This document shows, in pieces, positions 49,940 through 59,547 of a stretch of 64,000 bases of DNA (position 1 is its first letter; each line of letters begins with the position of its first letter). Made by a program: the position numbers and the translations under genes. The notes under the pieces are model-generated. The model had not been told where the DNA came from. It saw only the letters and a list, made by a program, of their open reading frames with translations, and made no database searches. The DNA comes from a candidate division WOR-3 bacterium (GTDB taxonomy: Bacteria; Hydrothermota; Hydrothermia; JBDRYB01), in contig JBDRYB010000001.1 of the NCBI GenBank assembly GCA_039803205.1, positions 1 to 64,000 of the forward strand, written 5' to 3'.

Positions 49940-50473
49940 ATGGCCAAAATAAGACAAAATGTGCTTTCCGGAATAGGCAAGCTCTTTCTGAGAGCCGCGA
50001 AACGAGGCCTCATGCCAAAGAGGATCGCTTATACACTCGTCGGTCTCGCCACATCCCTTACAGGCGCGTCAAAAGGCCCCTGCGCTGTGATGTGCTATGA
50101 GGTTCCACCAACAGAACCGTGGATCTCTAGGGTTCTGATCACCAAGAATCCGCTGAGGGGCAAATTCAGGCTAACAGCCACCATAAAAAGCAACGAGAGG
50201 CCTGTGGGCGGTGCTGATGTCAATTTTTGGGTATGGAAGGATGGCCAGGCAGAGGTGTTTCGCGTTGTCCCCATGAACCCGGCTGATGGGGCGTTTGATT
50301 CTCTAACGGAGGAGGCATATGCCGATCTGGCCCTATGGGGATGGCCCCAAGGAACGAAGATGAACATTTCCGCTTACGACAAGGATGGGAATCACGGCAC
50401 CCCACTCAGGATTGGCGTTGAGGTGATGTTCGGGATCCTTTCATTTGAATGCGAGGAGATAGTGGGCTATTGA
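49940..50473 (+). CDS. Exported-type protein with CAVMCY motif, coupled to a radical SAM/SPASM gene
   Basis: Basic/hydrophobic leader, GPCAVMCYEVPP, beta-rich C-terminus; TTGA overlap. Confidence 0.7.
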   Translation: MAKIRQNVLSGIGKLFLRAAKRGLMPKRIAYTLVGLATSLTGASKGPCAVMCYEVPPTEPWISRVLITKNPLRGKFRLTATIKSNERPVGGADVNFWVWKDGQAEVFRVVPMNPADGAFDSLTEEAYADLALWGWPQGTKMNISAYDKDGNHGTPLRIGVEVMFGILSFECEEIVGY

Positions 50474-51495
50474 GCGACAAACCAGTTCTCGCGGCCGCTT
50501 TTGAGACAACTCCCAGGTGCAACGCCAACTGTTTGTATTGTTATAATGTCTGGAAGGCTCATCCGGACTATCCAAGGGGGGAACCGGACGCGGAGGGTCT
50601 CCTCCGGGTCCTTGATGCCATCCTTAAGAGCGAGCGGGTGACCATCGTGAGCCTAACCGGCGGAGAGCCACTGCTTCTGGGCGATCTCATCCTTGAGATG
50701 GGCGCTATGGCGAGGCTTTCAGGAAAATCCGTGAACCTCGTCACCAACGGTTCTCTTATCAGCAAAGGCTTTGCCAAGAACCTCAAGAGGCTCAGCATAA
50801 GGCCCGTAGAGATAACCCTCCTATCAGCAAGGGAGGAGTTGCACGATTCCTTGCAAAGAGCGAGGACATTCCGGAGCGCAGTTAGCGCCATAAGGACAGT
50901 GGCTGATGTCGGCGGGGAAGCAATAGTTGGCATAGTCGGAACGAAAGCAAACATTCCCTTTCTCTCCGAGACCCTTGAATTCGCAAAGACCCTCGGAGCC
51001 AAGGGCGCCATGTTCACCAGGTTCAACCCCGGCGGCCAGGGGCTTAGGCACTGGCGGGAGCTCGGGCCTTCCAAGGAGGAACTCAGGTCAGCCATAAAAA
51101 CCCTTATGAAATTTGCCGACGAAAACCCAAACCTGACTATAACCTGCGGCGTTCCTATTCCCCCATGCGTTCTAGGTTTCACTGACTACGGAAGGGTAAA
51201 GATGGGTTATTGCAACGCTGGGGGCGATCTCATAGCCATAGATTGGCTCGGAAACCTCCGTCCGTGCAACCATTCCTCCCTTATAGTGGGGAACATACTC
51301 AAGGTGCCCCTTGATGAGCTTCTGGAATCAAAGCGGTTAAAGGATTTCATGCTCCCTGTGCCTAAGATGTGCGTCGGTTGCCAGTTCTACGATCTATGCA
51401 AGGGGGGTTGCCGGGCCGCGGCATTTGAGATGGCTTGGTGGCTCAGGAAGGAAAGGTCTGCTGGGTCCATCCGGTTTTCCGGACACACCATCTAG
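50470..51495 (+). CDS. Radical SAM/SPASM peptide or protein maturase
   Basis: CNANCLYC, LTGGEP, CNAG...RPC, CVGC.....CKGGC. Confidence 0.9.
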   Translation: MSDKPVLAAAFETTPRCNANCLYCYNVWKAHPDYPRGEPDAEGLLRVLDAILKSERVTIVSLTGGEPLLLGDLILEMGAMARLSGKSVNLVTNGSLISKGFAKNLKRLSIRPVEITLLSAREELHDSLQRARTFRSAVSAIRTVADVGGEAIVGIVGTKANIPFLSETLEFAKTLGAKGAMFTRFNPGGQGLRHWRELGPSKEELRSAIKTLMKFADENPNLTITCGVPIPPCVLGFTDYGRVKMGYCNAGGDLIAIDWLGNLRPCNHSSLIVGNILKVPLDELLESKRLKDFMLPVPKMCVGCQFYDLCKGGCRAAAFEMAWWLRKERSAGSIRFSGHTI

Positions 51496-51572
51496 GGAAG
51501 CGTAAAGACCTCCGCTAACCACGAGAAAATGATTTCGGGGAGGGACCCATCTGAGTTATAATTTGGGGCTAA

Positions 51573-51654
51573 GCGAGGGTGGCGGAAAGGCAGACGCGCC
51601 AGATTTAGGATCTGGTGGGCTAATCCCGTGCGGGTTCAAGTCCCGCCCCTCGCA
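51573..51654 (+). tRNA. tRNA-Leu(TAG)
   Basis: Acceptor GCGAGGG/CCCTCGC-A, anticodon arm CCAGA-TTTAGGA-TCTGG, long variable arm, GGTTCAAGTCC; CCA not encoded. Confidence 0.96.
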
Positions 51655-51691
51655 TATCCATTCCAGTTCAGAGAAACATTTTGGAATAAAA

Positions 51692-52648
51692 ATGAAGGTT
51701 GCTGTTGTCGGAGCGGCTGGCCTGGTTGGAAGGACCATGCTTCGCGTCCTTGAGAAGAGGGGCTTTCCGGTCTCGGAGCTGGCGGCTTATGACAAGCTAT
51801 CGGGAGAAAGTCTGCTCTTCCGCGGCAATAAGCACCTGTGCATCAGGTTAACTCCAACATCCGTCAGGGGTTTTGACCTCGCGCTTTTTTCGGCAGGTGC
51901 GGATGTCTCCCTGAAATACGCGCCCCTGTTTGCCAAAAAGGGCGCGCTAGTGGTTGACAATTCCTCCGCCTGGCGCATGCATCCCAAGGTTCCACTTGTC
52001 GTCCCAGAGGTGAACCCAGAGGCGCTCATGGATATTCCAATGGGCATCGTGGCCAATCCAAATTGTTCAACGATCCAGATGGTCGTGGCTCTCAAGCCCC
52101 TGGTTCGCTTCGGCATAAAGGAGGTCTTCGTGGCGACATATCAGGCGGTCTCAGGGGCTGGAAAGGACGGGATTGACGCGCTCATATCGGAAGAGAAGGG
52201 CAAGAGGTCGTCAAATTCCCCTCACCTCGGCCCAATTCACAGGAATGTCTTGCCCGGAATAGGAAACTTTGAGGAGGGTTTCTACGAGGAGGAGACGAAG
52301 CTCATCCGTGAGACAAAGAAAATAATGGGCCTTGATGTTCCCGTTCATCCGACCGCGGTGAGGGTTCCTGTGATAGCTGGCCACTCCGAGGCCGTTGCGG
52401 TAAGGCTAAAGAAGAAGGTAAGCCTTGAGGAAATAAAAGCTTCTATGGGAGAGCAGGAGGGCCTCGTCCTCAGCGATGGTTTTGTCACCCCGAAGGAGGC
52501 CGAGGGCAAGGATGAGGTCTTTGTCTCCAGGCTCAGATTTTCGCCTGATGATCCGAGGGTTCTCCTGATGTGGGTTGTCTCAGATAACCTTCTGAAGGGA
52601 GCCGCTCTCAACGCGGTTCAAATAGCAGAGAGGGCCCTATTGCGGTGA
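51692..52648 (+). CDS. asd: Aspartate-semialdehyde dehydrogenase
   Basis: VVGAAGLVG, DNSSAWRM, ANPNCSTIQM, DNLLKGAALN. Confidence 0.97.
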   Translation: MKVAVVGAAGLVGRTMLRVLEKRGFPVSELAAYDKLSGESLLFRGNKHLCIRLTPTSVRGFDLALFSAGADVSLKYAPLFAKKGALVVDNSSAWRMHPKVPLVVPEVNPEALMDIPMGIVANPNCSTIQMVVALKPLVRFGIKEVFVATYQAVSGAGKDGIDALISEEKGKRSSNSPHLGPIHRNVLPGIGNFEEGFYEEETKLIRETKKIMGLDVPVHPTAVRVPVIAGHSEAVAVRLKKKVSLEEIKASMGEQEGLVLSDGFVTPKEAEGKDEVFVSRLRFSPDDPRVLLMWVVSDNLLKGAALNAVQIAERALLR

Positions 52649-54274
52649 AAGAGGAGCGTCCCCGAACAGCCTCTTCCTCAGCCTGTTATAGTATTGCCTG
52701 TATTCGTCAATGTGGCGGTCATAGGGGAATTCGGGAAGGAGCTCTCCTTTCGCCAGCTCGCGGGCCCGGGCGAGGAGTTCCTCTTTCTCGGCGGGATCCC
52801 GGGTCGCGTCAGCGAGCCTCATCAGGTTCTCAAGCTCGCCAAGGTCTGTCCAGACATCCTCAAGCTGGTAATAATCCCCCTTTTTGATGAGGAGATCAGG
52901 CCTACCTAAGTTCCGTCTGGCGACCACCATAGCTGTGTAGAGCAACTCCCTGGATCTTTCGTTGTATTTTCTTCTCGGCCATATCAGATAAAAAAGGTGA
53001 TCGTAGGGCAATCTGTGTTTTGGTGAAAGGAGCAGATAGACGAATGCTCTGGCTGATTTCTTGTTCCGCCACTCGCTCAAATGAACCTCTCTTCGGTCGA
53101 CAAATATCCTCATCTCACCGATCAAATGTGCCCTTATACCGGATTGTCTCCTCTGATCAACCCCATAGGTAAGAAGGGGATAAATTGCCTCAAGAAACGG
53201 GCCTAAAATGGGATCACGACTCATAGCCCGGTAAGAAGGGGCAAGGGGAACCAAGAATCTCATGGCCTCATGGAAGACCGTACCGCCGTGCTTCCATGCC
53301 AAAAACGCGGAGGAGAGACCTGTCACGAAAGCCTCTACTGGTTGATAAGCGTTAAGATAATCTCTGGCGGCCTTCAAAAGCTCATGAGGAAGGTCCGCTT
53401 TGTCCTCAGATAATAGGGCCTCTATCTCTCTTAGGGCCGCGAGCTCACCCAGTCCACCTTTTTTAGCAAAGTCCATGCACCTATCCACCATTTCCCTTGG
53501 AGGAGGCTCCAGACCAGCAAATCTAGCGATTTCAAGGGCTTTCGCACAAGGAAACGCTGAGTATGCTGAGCCTATTTCCAGATATCCCAGGGCTGACTTC
53601 GTGTATAACTTCACCGCTCCTCCTAGATCCCCTAGCATCCTGAGAGCAAAACCCTTGACCTCCAGCAAGGCAGAGAGATGGCGCTTATCCTTTTCCGTTT
53701 TGATCAAGGATCTGAGCATATCAAGAGCCCTTTCCGGCTTGCCAGTTATTATGCTCAGAAGGGCCAGCAGATACCTGGCTCTGGGACTCTTTGACGAGGT
53801 TAGCGTGGGAAGAACTCCTTTTATATCCATGTAAAGGGTGTCGTATTCGGCTCTGAAAAACTTCAGGGAAAGGAGGTTCACTTTGGCAAATGACCACAAC
53901 TCCCTATCCTCAGCGTGCTCAGCTATGTCCAGGGCCTTTAAATAACAGTTCTCAGCAACCTCCATCTCCCCTGTTTGTCTGTAAACTAGCCCAAGCATGC
54001 CATATATCCTTCCGGTCATCTCCGGTTCGCCGCGAACACGAGCGAGAAGCCTTCTCCCCTTTTTGATGGCTTCTGGAGCACGGGAACCCAGAACTGCGGC
54101 GCAGAAGTCCAAGAACGCAAAACCCAAAGGGTCCTCAGATTTCAGCTTTTCGACATAATTAGCAAAGGCTCCGGGGGAGCCTGTCTTCAGGATCTCTAGC
54201 CCTCTTTCAACCCTTTCTAAGAGCTTCACCCCGATATGATAAAATTCAGAATGGAGCAAATTCAAGTCGCGCAA
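52637..54274 (-). CDS. TPR + C-terminal winged-helix/BTAD-like (SARP-like) regulator, paralog A
   Basis: N-terminal TPRs; LIGEMRIFVD...W..K...F.YLLL......D.L...WP......LY.....RR.L...W.DL. Confidence 0.8.
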   Translation of the reverse strand: MRDLNLLHSEFYHIGVKLLERVERGLEILKTGSPGAFANYVEKLKSEDPLGFAFLDFCAAVLGSRAPEAIKKGRRLLARVRGEPEMTGRIYGMLGLVYRQTGEMEVAENCYLKALDIAEHAEDRELWSFAKVNLLSLKFFRAEYDTLYMDIKGVLPTLTSSKSPRARYLLALLSIITGKPERALDMLRSLIKTEKDKRHLSALLEVKGFALRMLGDLGGAVKLYTKSALGYLEIGSAYSAFPCAKALEIARFAGLEPPPREMVDRCMDFAKKGGLGELAALREIEALLSEDKADLPHELLKAARDYLNAYQPVEAFVTGLSSAFLAWKHGGTVFHEAMRFLVPLAPSYRAMSRDPILGPFLEAIYPLLTYGVDQRRQSGIRAHLIGEMRIFVDRREVHLSEWRNKKSARAFVYLLLSPKHRLPYDHLFYLIWPRRKYNERSRELLYTAMVVARRNLGRPDLLIKKGDYYQLEDVWTDLGELENLMRLADATRDPAEKEELLARARELAKGELLPEFPYDRHIDEYRQYYNRLRKRLFGDAPLSPQ

Positions 54275-54292
54275 GATGATAATATCATTTTG

Positions 54293-54324
54293 TTTCGGAA
54301 CTTTTTCGGAGGATCGCTTATAAT
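54293..54324 (+). promoter_or_regulatory. Direct-repeat operator plus -10 box
   Basis: TTTCGGA at 54293 and 54304 (period 11), 8 nt, TATAAT 54319-54324. Confidence 0.65.
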
Positions 54325-54352
54325 ATGGGCATGTTAAAAAGGAGTGAGCATC

Positions 54353-55879
54353 ATGACAGAAGCATACACGCTAATAGGCCTTTTGGTGTCCCAGGTCTCT
54401 TTTGCTAGATCCTATGGAGGGCCTGATACTGAGAGCGTTCGTGGAATAGTCCAAACAACCGATGGAGGCTTCATTGTTGCGGGAGAGACAAAGAGCTTTG
54501 GGGCAGGGAGCTATGATTTTATGGCCATGAGGCTTCTGAGCACGGGGGATCCCTTCTGGGTAAAGACTCTCGGAGGGACCGGTGACGACAGGGCCTTCTC
54601 AGTAGCTCTGGCTATTGACGGTGGATGCGTCATCGTAGGAGAAACAAAGAGCTATGGCGTAGGGGACTATGATGTTTTGGTTATGAAGCTTGGCCCTGCT
54701 GGGGGATTCCGGTGGGCAAAAACCTATGGAGGGTTATTGCGAGAAAGAGGCACCTGCATCAAGCCAACCAGCGATACGGGATACATCCTCGCGGGATGGA
54801 CGGTTAGCTCAGGCCAGGGGTCCGCGGATCTCCTCGTGATGAAAATGGATTCAGCGGGCAATCGCGTCTGGACCAGGACATTTGGAGGTGACACCTCTGA
54901 TTACGCGCATCAAGTGATACAGACCCAGGATGGAGGCTTCTTGGTTGCGGGAACGAGTAGGAGCTTTGGGGCAGGCGACTTTGATTTTCTCGTGCTCAAG
55001 CTCAACAGCTCTGGCACGCTGAGCTGGGCCAGAGCAATTGGTGGCCCGGGCATAGAAGACGCCAGGATCCTGAGCCAGACTACGGATAATGGCTACATAG
55101 TCGGTGGGTGGACGAACAGCTTTGGCAGTGGAGACTACGATGTTCTCCTTGTGAAGTTGAATTCATCCGGAGGTTTTCAGTGGGCAAAAACCTATGGGGG
55201 TGCCAGCCTTGATTGGGGGACATCCGGCATCCTCCTCCCGGACGGGGGTTTCCTCGTTGTAGGAGTCACTTTGACTTACGATCCCGAAGGCGATCTATTT
55301 CTTCTCAGGCTGGACCCGGCAGGGAATCCTGATTGGCTTAAGGTTCTCAAGGAGGAGGGAGATGGGGTAAGTGGCGCGACTACTGTGATACAAACTGGAG
55401 ATGGTGGTTTCGCGGTTGGAGGTTGGAAGGGTGACTCGTGGGATTTTCTGGTCATAAAGACCGACCAAGACGGAAACTATGACGAAGACTCCAATTGCAT
55501 GAAGCCCGACATCCTTACAAGCCTGACCATTATGCCCAATCTTGAAACTCTGACGCTCGGGGCAAGCTGGGTTCCTCTAGTATCCAACCCAAACCCATCC
55601 CAGAATACGCCCTCCTTGACGATGACAAACGTGACCTGTGAACCTGTTTATGAGGAAGTTGGGGAATCTCTGGTTGAGCCGAATGACATAGTCTGCTATC
55701 CGATTCCAAGGGCCATTGCGTTTATTTCTTCCTGTGCCGCGGAGATAAGTATCTACTCATCTGACGGGTGCGTGGCCTATTCGGGCACTCTAGAGAAGGG
55801 CAAAAATATGATACCCATTGACCGAGGCATTTACTTTTGGCAGGCAGGAGCTTATAAAGGAAAAGCCGTTGTGAGGTAA
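54353..55879 (+). CDS. Secreted beta-propeller repeat protein with T9SS-like CTD (paralog of 18858-20372)
   Basis: 52-aa W.KT.GG...DGG...G.T.S.G.G..D repeats; C-terminal GIYFW...KAVVR. Confidence 0.85.
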   Translation: MTEAYTLIGLLVSQVSFARSYGGPDTESVRGIVQTTDGGFIVAGETKSFGAGSYDFMAMRLLSTGDPFWVKTLGGTGDDRAFSVALAIDGGCVIVGETKSYGVGDYDVLVMKLGPAGGFRWAKTYGGLLRERGTCIKPTSDTGYILAGWTVSSGQGSADLLVMKMDSAGNRVWTRTFGGDTSDYAHQVIQTQDGGFLVAGTSRSFGAGDFDFLVLKLNSSGTLSWARAIGGPGIEDARILSQTTDNGYIVGGWTNSFGSGDYDVLLVKLNSSGGFQWAKTYGGASLDWGTSGILLPDGGFLVVGVTLTYDPEGDLFLLRLDPAGNPDWLKVLKEEGDGVSGATTVIQTGDGGFAVGGWKGDSWDFLVIKTDQDGNYDEDSNCMKPDILTSLTIMPNLETLTLGASWVPLVSNPNPSQNTPSLTMTNVTCEPVYEEVGESLVEPNDIVCYPIPRAIAFISSCAAEISIYSSDGCVAYSGTLEKGKNMIPIDRGIYFWQAGAYKGKAVVR

Positions 55880-55895
55880 CCCACTTGTAGTCACT

Positions 55896-55946
55896 AGCCC
55901 CGGCCGGTAAAATCATTGCACCTCCCGTCCCGGCCGGGGGTTTTTA
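55896..55946 (+). terminator. Large-loop terminator-like hairpin, copy 1
   Basis: CCCCGGCCGG / CCGGCCGGGG stem, 22-nt loop, followed by T tract. Confidence 0.75.
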
Positions 55947-55965
55947 TTTCCCAGATGAGAAGCCC

Positions 55966-57795
55966 TTATTGCCTATCCCAACCCAAACCCCACATTCCCC
56001 TGGTCCAAGCCCTGCCGTTCCTGCAGGGGGTTCCTGCTGGATAGTTGTCCTTGCCTGATAGGTCAAGGAATATGCCAACGCCTCCAGCGTCCCGGGCCCT
56101 GTTCGCATCGCCGAGGCCTATGTCCTCCCTGGCGGAATATGTGTCATCCCCATCAGAATCCACGAAGATCCCAACGGAATTCGTCAAACCTATACCGAGG
56201 CCGCCGGAGACCTGGTAGTTGTCGTTGCCGCGCTTGTCAATTAGCCAGCCAACAGCGAGGTCGTGGCCCTCGCCCTGGGATGGGCCGTATCTTGAATAAT
56301 AGTGATCCGAGCCGGAGTAATCCCCGAGAAGTCCGACCGAGAGGTGGATTCCGGAGCCCTGCGCGTATTGCACAGCGGAATAGAAGTCGTCGCCAGACAG
56401 ATCGAGGAGAATGCCTGCCGAATACCAGTATGAACAGCCCTGCGCGTATACCTCGCCCTGATACAGGTCGTTGCCCTCGCGGTCCAAAAGAACTGAGATC
56501 CCCCCAGAAGCGCGTGGTCTAATTCCGATTGAATAGCCTTGCGCGAACGCCCTGTAGTTGTGTTCAAGGAGGGGTTTGTGCAGGTATTCTCCTCCAGCGT
56601 AATAGACATCATCTCCCCCCACCTCGTCCAAGATAGCGCAGCCCTTGACCGATGAGAAGGCCTGAGCGCAAGAGAATGCCCTCATAACATCATCCCCTCC
56701 GCCCTCGTGCATGTAGGAGACCCCGAACATGGCCGCGGATTGTGCGAAAAAGCCGGAGTAATAGAGATCGTCTCCGGCCTTATCCGAGAGAAAACCCGCG
56801 CCGAAAAGCCCCATACCCATTGTGTAATGAGGGGCCCGATACAGGTCATCCCCTGAGAGGTCAACCAGGGCACCGTAGCCCATGAGGCCAGCGCCAAGGG
56901 AGACGAAATCTTCAGCCAGATAAGCGTCATTGCCGCAAAGATCAATCACGGCCGAGAGGGGCCTCCCCAGAAACCCAACCGATCCCCCAGGCCTCCCGTA
57001 GTAGGCGTCTGAGCCACCCTTGTCCAGTATAAGGTGATATAGGGCTGTGGTCTCGGCCGGATGAACATCATCCCCTTCTCCTTTGACCAAAACCCTCCAC
57101 TGGCCAGCGGAATAGCTGCCCTCAGGAATTCCCTGTGAGAACATCGTGATCTCCTCTACCCCCATTGAGAACGCTAGGGCTCCGAGGGCTAGCTCACGCC
57201 AATCAACCAGAGCCGCCAACTCCAGTATCCTTGAAGAGTCATCGCACCAGGCTGTGTCCACCGGAAACCCAAATTCCCTGAGCAGACAGCCCCGCAGAGT
57301 GTCCAGAAGGGTATCACCCTCGTCCGCCCAAAGGGAAAGGGAGTAGTAGAGGAGGGTATCAATCTGGGGCCTGCTCAGCCGCGAAAAGGCTTTTTGCCTG
57401 TGAGCATCAGCCTCGTCCCAGGAGGCTCTGAGGTATGCGAGGCCAGCTTCCCATCCCTTTTTGCCCGCCATGGCCTTTTCAAATCTCTTTCGCATCTCGT
57501 TCGTATCCTTGGGAGAGAGCCCGACATCGAGAAGGGAAAAGCCGAGGAACATGGTGGATGTCGGATTACCGGTTGATCTTGCTATTTCGGCCCTGCAGGA
57601 GTCAGCAAAATGAGGCACATCCATGGGCTTCGCCATCAATCTGTCAACCGTCTTGAGCCTGAATGAGTCGCGGTCGGCCCAGTCCTTGTTGTATGAGAGG
57701 TCCTCTGGGGCCAGATTAATGTAAGCTAGGGCCTGGATGATGGCACTTGTTTCGGCTGTATCAAGGAGAAACTGCGAGAGAAGCAAAAGCGTCAT
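55966..57795 (-). CDS. Hypothetical exported protein with Gly/Asp-rich D..G.D.Y repeats
   Basis: About 10 repeats of LxDxxGxDxY...Q G; short hydrophobic N-terminus. Confidence 0.75.
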   Translation of the reverse strand: MTLLLLSQFLLDTAETSAIIQALAYINLAPEDLSYNKDWADRDSFRLKTVDRLMAKPMDVPHFADSCRAEIARSTGNPTSTMFLGFSLLDVGLSPKDTNEMRKRFEKAMAGKKGWEAGLAYLRASWDEADAHRQKAFSRLSRPQIDTLLYYSLSLWADEGDTLLDTLRGCLLREFGFPVDTAWCDDSSRILELAALVDWRELALGALAFSMGVEEITMFSQGIPEGSYSAGQWRVLVKGEGDDVHPAETTALYHLILDKGGSDAYYGRPGGSVGFLGRPLSAVIDLCGNDAYLAEDFVSLGAGLMGYGALVDLSGDDLYRAPHYTMGMGLFGAGFLSDKAGDDLYYSGFFAQSAAMFGVSYMHEGGGDDVMRAFSCAQAFSSVKGCAILDEVGGDDVYYAGGEYLHKPLLEHNYRAFAQGYSIGIRPRASGGISVLLDREGNDLYQGEVYAQGCSYWYSAGILLDLSGDDFYSAVQYAQGSGIHLSVGLLGDYSGSDHYYSRYGPSQGEGHDLAVGWLIDKRGNDNYQVSGGLGIGLTNSVGIFVDSDGDDTYSAREDIGLGDANRARDAGGVGIFLDLSGKDNYPAGTPCRNGRAWTRGMWGLGWDRQ

Positions 57796-57840
57796 GTTCA
57801 AAGGTTAAACCAGAAGGAGGCTGGAAGGCAAGGACGGCTT

Positions 57841-59439
57841 TCAGGTCTGATTATCTCCGAACAGCCTCTTCCTCAGCCTGTTATAGTATTGCCTGTATTC
57901 GTCAATGTGGCTGTCATAGGGGAATTCGGGAAGGAGCTCGCCTTTCGCCAGCTCGCGGGCCCGGGCGAGGAGTTCCTCTTTCTCGGCGGGATCGCGGGTC
58001 GCGTCAGCGAGCCTCATGAGGTTCTCAATCTCTCCAAGGTCTGTCCAGACATCCTCAAGCTGGTAGAAGTCGCCTCGTTTGGTGAGCAATTGTGGTTTGC
58101 CCAGATTCCTGCGGATAGTGTAAATAGCAGTATAAAGCCACTTCCTCGTCCTGGCGTCGTATCTCCTCCTGGGCCACAGCAGATACGCAAGGTGATCCTG
58201 GGATATTCTGTGTTTAGGCGAGAGCAAGAGGTAGAGCAGAGCCATCAACGCCCTTGAGTTTCGCCACGCCCTAAGGGAAACCTCTTCCCCATCCACCTGG
58301 AGCATGAACTCACCAAGCAGGCTCGCCCTCACGCCCTGCACTGTCCTTTCGCCCTTCCCATATCTAAGCAGGGGTTCCACGCTGATCATGAATTCTCCTA
58401 GCAAAGGGTCGCGCCTGAACCCTGGGTGAAGAGGCAAGAGGGGCGCGAGTAACTTGAGGATCTTCGGGAAAACCGGGTGGTCGTCTTGCCATGCAAAAAG
58501 GGCTGCTGTGAGGCCTGTAAGGATGACCTCTATGTTCTGGTTGACCCTATAGTATCCGAGTGCGGCGTCAAAAAGGAGCTCGGTGGATCTTTTGGGGTCC
58601 TCACACAGGAGTGCTTCGATCTCCTGGGCCCCTGCCTTCTCTCCTGACGAACCCCTCCTGGCAAGTGCCAGACATCTCCTTACAAGCTTCTTGGGAGGAG
58701 GCTCCAGCCCAGCGAGTCGCGTGAGCTCAAGAGCCTTGGCACAAGGGAAGGTCGCGTAGGCAGAACCGAATTCAATGGCGATGTTCATGGACTCCACATA
58801 TAGATCCCTCGCCTCCTGTAGTTTCCCCATCATCCTGCTGGCCAATCCCTTCATCTCTGTAGCACCCAAAAGGACTATACTGCCGCCCTCGCTGATGATG
58901 GAATCCAAGAGTTTCAATGCCTTCTCTGGGTTTCCACGGATTATCTCAAGTGCGGCCACTAGGTACTTGGCACCCCCGGTGATCTCTGGACTCCTCACCC
59001 GCGCGAGGAATCCCCTTGCTTCGTTGTAAAGCGGTTCGTATTCAGCTCTAAAGAATCTGTTGGTCAGAAGTCTCAATCTTGCAATGGAGGCCAGGGTCAG
59101 GTCTCCCGCCTGTCCGGCCATATCCTCTGCTCTAACAAAGTATCCATCGGCTGCATCCAGTTCTCCTATTAGTTCGTAAGCGGTGCCAAGGCAGTTGAAA
59201 AGAAAACTCGCAAGCCTGGGCTTGCCCGAAACTCTTGAAATGAGCCTGGTTCCTTTCCTTATGGCGCTAGAATTGTGATTGTAGACCGCCAGGCGAACCT
59301 CCAGTAGTTCCGCGGCCAGAAGGTCTTCAAGCTTAAGGCAACGAATGTATCTCATTAAGTCATCCAACTGGCCTGACTTCATCATTGTTAGGCCGCGTTC
59401 AATCCTATCCAAAGTATCCACGTCTAGAGTATAAACCAA
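57841..59439 (-). CDS. TPR + C-terminal winged-helix/BTAD-like regulator, paralog B
   Basis: Same architecture as 52637-54274; shared FPCAKALE..R.AGLEPPP; near-identical C-terminus. Confidence 0.8.
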   Translation of the reverse strand: MVYTLDVDTLDRIERGLTMMKSGQLDDLMRYIRCLKLEDLLAAELLEVRLAVYNHNSSAIRKGTRLISRVSGKPRLASFLFNCLGTAYELIGELDAADGYFVRAEDMAGQAGDLTLASIARLRLLTNRFFRAEYEPLYNEARGFLARVRSPEITGGAKYLVAALEIIRGNPEKALKLLDSIISEGGSIVLLGATEMKGLASRMMGKLQEARDLYVESMNIAIEFGSAYATFPCAKALELTRLAGLEPPPKKLVRRCLALARRGSSGEKAGAQEIEALLCEDPKRSTELLFDAALGYYRVNQNIEVILTGLTAALFAWQDDHPVFPKILKLLAPLLPLHPGFRRDPLLGEFMISVEPLLRYGKGERTVQGVRASLLGEFMLQVDGEEVSLRAWRNSRALMALLYLLLSPKHRISQDHLAYLLWPRRRYDARTRKWLYTAIYTIRRNLGKPQLLTKRGDFYQLEDVWTDLGEIENLMRLADATRDPAEKEELLARARELAKGELLPEFPYDSHIDEYRQYYNRLRKRLFGDNQT

Positions 59440-59476
59440 TTGGGGAATCCACTGCTATATGCGCATTTGTCCTAAC

Positions 59477-59511
59477 TTGCTAGAGTTTTGCTAGAAAACC
59501 CTACTTATAAT
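59477..59511 (+). promoter_or_regulatory. Direct-repeat operator plus -10 box
   Basis: TTGCTAGA at 59477 and 59488 (period 11), 10 nt, TATAAT 59506-59511. Confidence 0.65.
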
Positions 59512-59547
59512 TTAGGGCCTTATGAAAAAGAGACACGGAGGTGTCAG

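Larger units (their letters stand above)
52662..58065. repeat. 209-bp direct repeat at regulator 3' ends (52662-52870 / 57857-58065)
   Basis: Manual alignment: 6 mismatches in 209 nt, no gaps. Confidence 0.93.

Noticed and set aside
51563..51691. N-terminal extension of Asd in the ORF track
   Set aside because: Overlaps tRNA-Leu; the Asd motif starts at ATG 51692
52662..58065. Diversity-generating retroelement TR/VR pair
   Set aside because: Mismatches are not adenine-specific (include C/G changes), both copies are in coding 3' ends, and no reverse transcriptase is in the window
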